Shown in pieces: positions 8,317 to 16,400 of a stretch of DNA of 64,000 nt. Below the pieces are notes generated by a model, which did no database searches, was not told the origin of the DNA, and saw nothing but the letters and a program-made list of their open reading frames with translations. The translations under genes were made by a program, and so were the position numbers. Source of the DNA: Bacteroidota bacterium (GTDB lineage: Bacteria; Bacteroidota; Bacteroidia; B-17B0; Aurantibacillaceae); contig JAZJZF010000021.1 of the NCBI GenBank assembly GCA_040389965.1, positions 79,887 through 143,886 on the forward strand. Direction: 5' to 3'. Every line of letters starts with the position of its first letter. The first letter of the stretch is position 1.

Positions 8317-11300
8317 ATGAAAAAAGTAATCCTATCACTAATGTTAGTAGCGTTGTCTCTATGTGGATTTTCGCAACTCTCCGTGGCTCCTAATCAAACA
8401 GCTACGAATTTGGCTAACTATCTATTAGGCGGCGGTGTTACCATCACTAATGCCCAATTGACCTGTCCCACAAATGCAAATGCCATATTTACTAATGGGG
8501 CAACTACCAATTTGGGATTAAACAGTGGTATTGTGCTCACAACAGGTTCGGCAGCTAATATTGCCAACGGAAATGGTACAAACAGTAGTGTTAACAATGG
8601 AGCTTCCGGGATTCCGCAAATGGCACCAATAAGCGGTACCAGTAGTAATTATGACGGCTGTATGCTCGAATTTGATATTAATCCAAAATGTTCTCCCTTA
8701 AATATCAGGTACAAATTTGCCTCGGAAGAATATCCTGAATATGTAGGTGCAGGATACAATGATGCTTTTGGCTTCTTTATTACCGGGCCTAATCCGTCGG
8801 GAGGAAATTATGCAAACTATAACTTAGCCGTTGTACCCGGAACAAGCTCTCCCGTTACTATTGATAATATTAACTCAGGAAATAACTCCTCTTATTACAT
8901 TACAAATACAGGCAGTACTATTGTGTATGATGGTATGACAACCGTTTTAACGGGAAGTGCCAACGTAACACCATGTGCCGACTACCATCTGAGGCTGGCT
9001 ATTACAGATGGGGGTGACCAATATTTTGATTCGGGTGTATTCCTTGAACAATCGGGTATTTCCTGTTCATCTCCAACAGTGAATGCCAGCGGTGCTACTA
9101 TATGCGCCGGACAATCTGCTACATTAACAGCATCCGGAACAACTACCTACACCTGGTCAACGGGTTCAACCGCTAATAGCATAGTCGTTTCTCCATCCTC
9201 AACAACATCCTACACCGTGGGAGGAAGTAATATCGGGATCTGTGTACAAACATCTAAAGTCATTACGGTTACGGTTAACAACGCTCCTACAGCAGTTGCA
9301 GGGCCAACAAAAGTATTAACCTGTGCTACAACTGCTACTGTTCTTTCCGGATCAGGCGGAGGCACTTATGCATGGTCAGGGCCTGGTATATTATCCGGAG
9401 GTTCTACAGCATCGCCAACCGTTAACCAACCCGGAAACTATACATTAGTAGTTACATCGGCAGGATGCCCTTCTTTACCATCAGTAGTAAACGTATCGCA
9501 AAATACAACACCACCTTCTGTTTCTTCTTCTGCAGGCGCATTAACCTGTGCTGTCACATCAGCCAATGTAACGGCGAACACTGCTGCTACTCCGGTCACT
9601 TATAATTGGTCCGGCCCCGGTATAACGGGTGGAGGTACAACCTCGTCACCTACTGTAAATCAACCCGGAACTTATAACTATACGGTTACCAACACTTCCA
9701 ATGGCTGTGCCACAACCGGATCACAGGCTATTACACAAAACATTGTTGCTCCTGTTGCTACATCCAGTGTTACAGCAGTACTAAACTGTACCTTAACTAC
9801 AGTTAATACGGTAGCAACCACTACTACTACACCTGTTACTTATAACTGGTCCGGTACAGGTATTACGGGTGGAAGCACTACCTCGTCACCTACTGTAAAT
9901 CAACCGGGCACATTCAATTATACGATCACCAGTACATCCAATGGCTGTACTACGACAGGCTCACAGGCGGTCACTCAAAATATTGTGCAACCTACTGTTG
10001 CCTCGAGTGCGCCAACTGTATTAAATTGTACGTTAACGTCTGTAAATGCAACAGCAAGTACAACCACTACTCCTGTTACTTATAACTGGTCTGGTCCGGG
10101 AGTTGTTTCAGGAGGTACAACTCCTACTGTTACAGTAAATCAACCGGGCACATATAACTATACAGTTACTGCTACTAATGGTTGCCAAAGAATAGGATCG
10201 CAGGCGGTTACTCAAAACATTGTAGCTCCCACAGTAGCCTCATCTGCCGGAGTATTAAACTGTACATTAACTTCTGTAAATGCTATTGCCAGTACTACTA
10301 CAACGCCTGTAACTTATAACTGGGGAGGGCCGGGTATTACAGGTGGCGCAACAACAGCAACGATTACGGCAAACCAACCGGGCACATATAATTATACGGT
10401 AACTGCAAATAACGGCTGTACAAAAACCGGCACACAAGCTATTACTCAAAACACGGCAACTCCTTCGGTAACAATGCCTGCCACACAAACCATTACCTGC
10501 GCAGCACCTTCTGTTACGCTCGTATCTTCGGCGTCTCCTTCCACCAGCATACCTGTTTGGACTGGCGGAGTATCGAGCGGAGTTAATAGCTATACTGCTA
10601 CTGCATCTTCAGCCAATACCTATACATTAACCATAACTGATCCGGCCAACGGATGTACTAAAACAGGAATAGTTCAGGTTGTTCCAAACGCGGGCTTCCC
10701 TACCGTGTTGGCAAGCAATACCAATTCGTTAAACTGTAACGTTACTTCTGCTCAGGTAGTAGCAACAACATCTACCACACCTGTATCTTATAGCTGGACA
10801 GGCCCTGGAATTACAGGCGGCGCAACAACAGCTACGGCATCTGTTAATGCCGGCGGACAATACACTGTAGTAGTTATGAATACAATTTCTTTATGTTCTT
10901 CAACTATTACAATAGCAGTACCTTTTAATACAACCGTTCCTACGCCTTCTATTACTGCATCAGGTTCTATTACCTGTACTTCGCCAACAGTTGCGTTAAA
11001 TGGTTTTCCAACAACCGGTGTAACTTATACCTGGACGGGCTCAGGAATAACAACCGGTCCTAACCTGCAAAATGTAATTGTAAATGCAGGAGGTAACTAT
11101 GTTCTAAACGTTACCAACATATCTAACGGTTGTACAGGCACACAAAATATATCGGTAGCAACCAACACCACTGCACCAAGTGTTAACTTAACTACCACAT
11201 CTTACACAACAACTTGTGCTGTTCCTAATGCTACATTTAGTGCCGTAGCAAATCCTGCTGCCAGTACTACCTATAGCTGGACATCTCCTCCTACAGGATC

Positions 11301-12912
11301 GTTGAACAGTTATACAGTATCAAATCCTATCGCCAGCGGTAGCGGTATTTTTACTGTAGCAGTTACAAATACAGTGAATGGTTGCGGAACATCCGCTATA
11401 ACACAAGGTACTGTACAAATAACTGCTGATGCAGGATTACCTTCAGCTACGATATCACAATCCTCAGCATCATTAACCTGTATTACTTCTGTGCAAACAG
11501 CTTCAGTTTTTACAACTCCGTCCTCTAACATTACATACACATGGAGTCCTGCACCTGCTACAGGTTTGCATGCTTCTGTGGCTACATTTACTACTCCTGG
11601 TACTTATGTATGTGCTTTTACGAATACAGCAAACGCTTGCCCTGGCAGTACGCAAATTGTGATCGTTACCAATACAACCACACCAACTGCAAATGTTACT
11701 CCTACGGTATCTTTAAATTGTTACTCTGTAACATCTACGATCAGCTCAACGGTTACACCTGCTTCAGGTATTACCTATACATGGGCAGGTAGCGGAATTG
11801 CAGGAGCCAATAACGGATCATCTGTATCTGTAAACAGTGCAGGAGTTTATACCTTATCTGTTTTAAATGCAGCTAACGGATGTTCAGCAACAGCGACGTC
11901 CTCTGTTATCAATAATACAACACCGCCAACATTAAGTGTTACACCATCAAGTACAGTTATTACCTGCGGTTCTCCAACATTAAATTTAAATGCGACTACC
12001 AATAGTACAGTTATTCCTGTATGGAATACACCAACAGGAAACGCTTATAACCCAATTGTAGCGGTAACTGCCGGTAATTATACGGTAAGCGTTATTGATC
12101 CTGTATCGGGTTGTACGGCATCCCTTACTCTTGCTGTGGCAGGAAGTACAGTAGCTCCTGCACTCAGTGTTACAGCTAATGCGATTATTCCTTGCGGATC
12201 AAGTTCGATAGATCTTTCGGCAGCGGCTACAGGTGGCGGCATCACCTATAACTGGGCAGGGCCAACAAGCGGAAGTATTATTGCGGGCGCTAATACAGCA
12301 ACTCCCATAGCAACAGCAGCCGGTGTTTATACAGTTACTATTACAAACAGCTATGGCTGTACAAGTTCTGCTACTGTAGCGGTAGCGCAAAGCTCGGTAA
12401 ACGCTGCATTTACAGCCGATCCTACTACAGGAGTTATTCCTTTAAATGTAAATACCACTAACCAAAGTACAGGTGGTAGTCTTACTTATCAGTGGAATTT
12501 CGGTAACGGTTCAACATCAACAAACGTAAGCCCCGGAACTGTTTATAACACAAGCGGAACTTATACTATTGTTCTCATTGCATCATCAGGTTCATGTGCA
12601 GATACCGCAACAGCAATTATTGTTGTAGAAGATAACATGTCTCTGGAAATACCTAATGTGTTTACTCCTAATAATGATGGTACAAATGATATTTTTACTA
12701 TTAAATCAACCGGTATCAAAGAAATATCATTACAGATCTTTAACCGTTGGGGAGAAAAACTATACGAATTTACAGGAACCAAAGCTGCCTGGGACGGTAT
12801 GACCCCTCAAGGAGCAAAAGTACCGGATGCCACTTATTTTTACTTCGTAAAAGCCTATGGTTTTGATGATAAGGAAATAGAAAAGCATGGTACCGTTAAC
12901 CTCTTCAGGTAA
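8317..12912 (+). CDS. Giant secreted surface protein with a choice-of-anchor-L-like N-domain, many Ig-like repeats, a PKD domain and a T9SS type B sorting domain
   Basis: 1531 aa with a signal peptide. N-domain: LEFDI..YKFASEEYPEY..YNDAFGFFITGPN. More than a dozen roughly 80-aa two-Cys repeats (C...Y[ST]W[ST]GPG...G.Y...V...NGC). PKD motif WNFGNGS. The C-terminus IPNVFTPNNDGTNDIF..FNRWGEKLYEF..WDG..PDATYFYFV..KHGTVNLFR matches the gliding-motility-associated (CHU_C/SprB-type) CTD. Confidence 0.9.
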   Translation: MKKVILSLMLVALSLCGFSQLSVAPNQTATNLANYLLGGGVTITNAQLTCPTNANAIFTNGATTNLGLNSGIVLTTGSAANIANGNGTNSSVNNGASGIPQMAPISGTSSNYDGCMLEFDINPKCSPLNIRYKFASEEYPEYVGAGYNDAFGFFITGPNPSGGNYANYNLAVVPGTSSPVTIDNINSGNNSSYYITNTGSTIVYDGMTTVLTGSANVTPCADYHLRLAITDGGDQYFDSGVFLEQSGISCSSPTVNASGATICAGQSATLTASGTTTYTWSTGSTANSIVVSPSSTTSYTVGGSNIGICVQTSKVITVTVNNAPTAVAGPTKVLTCATTATVLSGSGGGTYAWSGPGILSGGSTASPTVNQPGNYTLVVTSAGCPSLPSVVNVSQNTTPPSVSSSAGALTCAVTSANVTANTAATPVTYNWSGPGITGGGTTSSPTVNQPGTYNYTVTNTSNGCATTGSQAITQNIVAPVATSSVTAVLNCTLTTVNTVATTTTTPVTYNWSGTGITGGSTTSSPTVNQPGTFNYTITSTSNGCTTTGSQAVTQNIVQPTVASSAPTVLNCTLTSVNATASTTTTPVTYNWSGPGVVSGGTTPTVTVNQPGTYNYTVTATNGCQRIGSQAVTQNIVAPTVASSAGVLNCTLTSVNAIASTTTTPVTYNWGGPGITGGATTATITANQPGTYNYTVTANNGCTKTGTQAITQNTATPSVTMPATQTITCAAPSVTLVSSASPSTSIPVWTGGVSSGVNSYTATASSANTYTLTITDPANGCTKTGIVQVVPNAGFPTVLASNTNSLNCNVTSAQVVATTSTTPVSYSWTGPGITGGATTATASVNAGGQYTVVVMNTISLCSSTITIAVPFNTTVPTPSITASGSITCTSPTVALNGFPTTGVTYTWTGSGITTGPNLQNVIVNAGGNYVLNVTNISNGCTGTQNISVATNTTAPSVNLTTTSYTTTCAVPNATFSAVANPAASTTYSWTSPPTGSLNSYTVSNPIASGSGIFTVAVTNTVNGCGTSAITQGTVQITADAGLPSATISQSSASLTCITSVQTASVFTTPSSNITYTWSPAPATGLHASVATFTTPGTYVCAFTNTANACPGSTQIVIVTNTTTPTANVTPTVSLNCYSVTSTISSTVTPASGITYTWAGSGIAGANNGSSVSVNSAGVYTLSVLNAANGCSATATSSVINNTTPPTLSVTPSSTVITCGSPTLNLNATTNSTVIPVWNTPTGNAYNPIVAVTAGNYTVSVIDPVSGCTASLTLAVAGSTVAPALSVTANAIIPCGSSSIDLSAAATGGGITYNWAGPTSGSIIAGANTATPIATAAGVYTVTITNSYGCTSSATVAVAQSSVNAAFTADPTTGVIPLNVNTTNQSTGGSLTYQWNFGNGSTSTNVSPGTVYNTSGTYTIVLIASSGSCADTATAIIVVEDNMSLEIPNVFTPNNDGTNDIFTIKSTGIKEISLQIFNRWGEKLYEFTGTKAAWDGMTPQGAKVPDATYFYFVKAYGFDDKEIEKHGTVNLFR
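9598..10470 (+). repeat. In-frame tandem repeats, period 240/240/234 bp (about 80-aa domains)
   Basis: The landmark acttataa[ct]tgg (TYNW) recurs at 9598, 9838, 10078 and 10312. The units translate to near-identical TYNWSGPGITGG..TVNQPGTYNYTVT..NGC..QNIVAP..LNCTLT domains. Confidence 0.85.
12643..12909 (+). other. Segment encoding the T9SS type B C-terminal sorting domain
   Basis: LEIPNVFTPNNDGTNDIFTIKSTG...HGTVNLFR. By eye it aligns closely, with scattered mismatches, to the DNA of 18995-19261. Confidence 0.8.
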
Positions 12913-12940
12913 GATAAATACCTGATATCACTTGCTCAAG

Positions 12941-12972
12941 CCCCGTTTTTAACATATAAACGGGGCTTTTTG
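12941..12972 (+). terminator. Rho-independent terminator
   Basis: ccccgttt / aaacgggg stem followed by a T run, 30 nt after the stop codon. Confidence 0.7.
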
Positions 12973-13058
12973 CTGCCATCATTCTGAAGAATTTCTGGAT
13001 ATCTGAAACGGATTGTTTTAATCTATAGATTTATAGCTGCAAAAACATATCATATCAG

Positions 13059-13418
13059 ATGAAAAATCATAACCAAAATATCTTTATTACTGTTTTCCTA
13101 ATCTTTATTACAGTAACCGGATTTAGTCAAACACAAAAATCTACTACTCCCAAAAGTTCTCATAGCACAGCAAATTCAAGCAATTCGAAGAAAGTAGAAA
13201 CAAACTCACCCGGGTTTCAATTAGACGAAAATGATCCTTATCAGGGAAGAAAAAGTGAATTTTTAAACCAGATTATTGTGCCGGAGATTCCTGCAGATTT
13301 TCCAAAATATGAAAAGTGGATGGGTGTAAGGCACTATAACGAAGTGATTGAAGACTATTATAAAAAACACCCGGAAATCCTGAAAGAGAGTGTGAAAAAT
13401 AAACTCTTAAGAAACTAA
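13059..13418 (+). CDS. Small secreted hypothetical protein
   Basis: 119 aa with a signal peptide (…ITVTGFSQ), a Ser/Thr-rich linker and a charged C-terminal half. It lies between the two giant genes. Confidence 0.5.
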   Translation: MKNHNQNIFITVFLIFITVTGFSQTQKSTTPKSSHSTANSSNSKKVETNSPGFQLDENDPYQGRKSEFLNQIIVPEIPADFPKYEKWMGVRHYNEVIEDYYKKHPEILKESVKNKLLRN

Positions 13419-13462
13419 CATCAACCTCATACCTCTCCCCTACAATGCCAAATTTATTTATC

Positions 13463-16400
13463 ATGAAAAAATTTTACTCGTCCTTAATGATAGGTTTCAT
13501 ATGCCTGTTATTTTCAGGTAACCTATTCTCGCAGGGTAATACCTGCGCAACTGCAGAACCATTTTGTACAGCAGTTGGCTCACCCTATATCTTTACAAAT
13601 GTAACAGATGGCAATACGGGCTTTTGCAGCTCCTGCCCTGCGGCCGGTTGTTTAAGTTCAACTCCCCGCCCATCCTGGTTTTATGTAAAATCCTTAACTG
13701 CAGGGGCAATGACCTATAGCCTTTCACAATCTACAAGCATTGGAGGAACTCCTAACATTGATGTCGATTTTATTGCTTACGGACCTTATTCTGCCGCTCA
13801 ATTTACCAATGCCTGTGCATCATTACTTACAGGATCATGTTCAGGAGATCATAACTGTATAGGTAATATAGAAGATTGCAGTTATTCAATTGCATCTACT
13901 GAAACCATGACTCTTAGCCCAACCGCGGGCGGACAATACTACCTGATCATGATCACCAATTATGACGGTGTTGCAGGTTATATTACGTTTACACAAACCG
14001 GTGGTAATGGCTCTGATTGTGCGATTACCTGCCCTGATGATAATTTTGTACTGGTAGGAACAAATAAATCAACCAGCGCAGATGTTCCAAGTGGAAGCAC
14101 CCTAAATTGTAATCAGAATATTCAGTTGGATCCTCCTGATCTGGGTGGTTTTTCATACAATCCTTTTACCGATCAGTTGACACCTTGTATGCAGGTATAC
14201 ATTGAGCCTTTCCGCAGTAACTTAGCAACCAATGGCTCTATCGATGTTTATGAAAACGGATTTGATTCATGGTTTGCCTGTCCTTCGGGTTGTGGCGGTG
14301 CCATTGGTGGAACTACAGCAACCAACGGTGTCAATTTTGGTTGGTTCCTTGGTCAGGCAGATCCTAATTACAGCCATCCCAGCGTGTTTTGCCGAACCGG
14401 TACAATAGGCGCTAATACAGCAACCGTAAGTTTAAGAAGCTGTTGGGACAATACACAAATTCTTGCCGGACCACAGGCATGGAACTCTACAACATGTTTT
14501 ACATTAACAGCTGCTGCATCTCCAACTGCTTATGGTACTGCAGCTTTTTCAGTTACTCCGGTAGCAGGCGCGGCGGGCTTAAGCGATACCCATTGGGGGC
14601 GTGCAACCATTACCCCATCTTTGATCCCGAGCGGAACATATACTGTTACTTACACCTTTAACAATGGAAAATGCGGAGATCTGCATGGGAAATATGTATT
14701 TACAATTCCACCTACTCCTACTATCACTGCAGCGTCGGCAGCAAGCCAGACAATATGTGCAGGCAGCACTGTGGCTGCTGAAAACTTTGTTATAACCCCT
14801 GCAGCAGGTACTTATGTATGGAACAATGACAATACCACTATTGGTGTTGGAGCTTCCGGTACTTCAACTATTAATGCATATACAGCACCAAATATAGGAA
14901 GCACCACTATAGGCAATTTTACCATTACACCTACAGCATCCGGTTGTATTGGTACGCCAAGAACATTTACCATAACTCTTAATCCTAAACCCACGGTATC
15001 CATCGTATCAAATCCTGCATCCAGTATTTGTTTAAACAGTTCTCTTACATTTACATCAAGTGGTGCAAATACTTACACCTGGAGTTCATCTGCCAACGGA
15101 GGCTTAGGCTCTACATCAGGAACTAACGTGGGTGCTACACCTACTGCAACGGGAACAATAACTTACACAGTAAATGCTACATCAGTAGCAGGCTGTACAA
15201 ACACCGCTACTCAAAATATTACTGTTAATGCTTTACCTGTTGTAACTATTACGCCAGCCAGTAGCGGAACATTATGTTCAGGAACAAGCATCACTCTTAC
15301 AGGATCAGGTGCTTCTACGTATGCATGGCAAGCGCCTGCAGGTGGCGGATTAAGCGGCACATCGGGTTCGGTAGTAACAATTACACCTACTGCTTCCCCA
15401 TTAACTTATACCGTAACAGGAACTGCTGCCAATACCTGTACTAACGTAGCTATAAGAACTATTACGGTTATAGCTACACCAACAATCTCAGTATCCAATC
15501 CTTCTGCTACACAATCGAGCACTATATGCAGTGGCAACTCTGTTGTATTAACCGCTTCAGGCGCGGGAACATTTACATGGAGTCCCGCCACAGGATTAAG
15601 TTCTACCACAGGTAGTCCGGTAACCGCTAGTCCTACAAACACAGCCTCTCCAACAATTTATACCGTAACTGGTACTTCTGCTGCGGGTTGTATCAGCCCT
15701 GTTTCTTCGCAGGGAACATTTACGGTTACGGTTAATCCTATACCTAACGTTTCTATATCATCCACGCCAGCATCAAGCGTTTGTTTAAATAGTGCTTTAA
15801 CGTTTACGGCAAGCGGCGCAAATACTTACACCTGGAGTTCATCTGCCAACGGAGGTTTAGGCTCTACATCAGGTGCTAACGTGGGTGCTACACCTACTGC
15901 AACGGGAACAATAACTTACACGGTAAATGCTACATCAGTAGCAGGCTGTACAAACACCGCTACTCAAAATATTACTGTTAATGCTTTACCTGTTGTAACT
16001 ATTACGCCAGCCAGTAGCGGAACATTATGTTCGGGAACAAGTATTACCTTAACCGGGTCGGGTGCCACTTCTTATGCATGGCAATCACCCGCAGGTGGCG
16101 GCTTAACTGGTTCGGGATCAGTTGTAACTATTGCTCCTACTGTATCACCTGTAACCTATACCGTAACAGGAACTGCCGCTAATACCTGTACTAATATAGC
16201 TATAAGAACCATTACCGTTATGGCTACACCAACTGTATCAGTATCCAATCCTTCTGCTACACAATCGAGTACCCTATGCAGTGGCAACTCTGTTGTACTA
16301 ACAGCATCAGGCGCAGGAACATTTACATGGAGTCCTGCCACAGGATTAAGTTCTACCACAGGCAGTCCGGTAACCGCTAGCCCTACAAATACAAGTTCTC

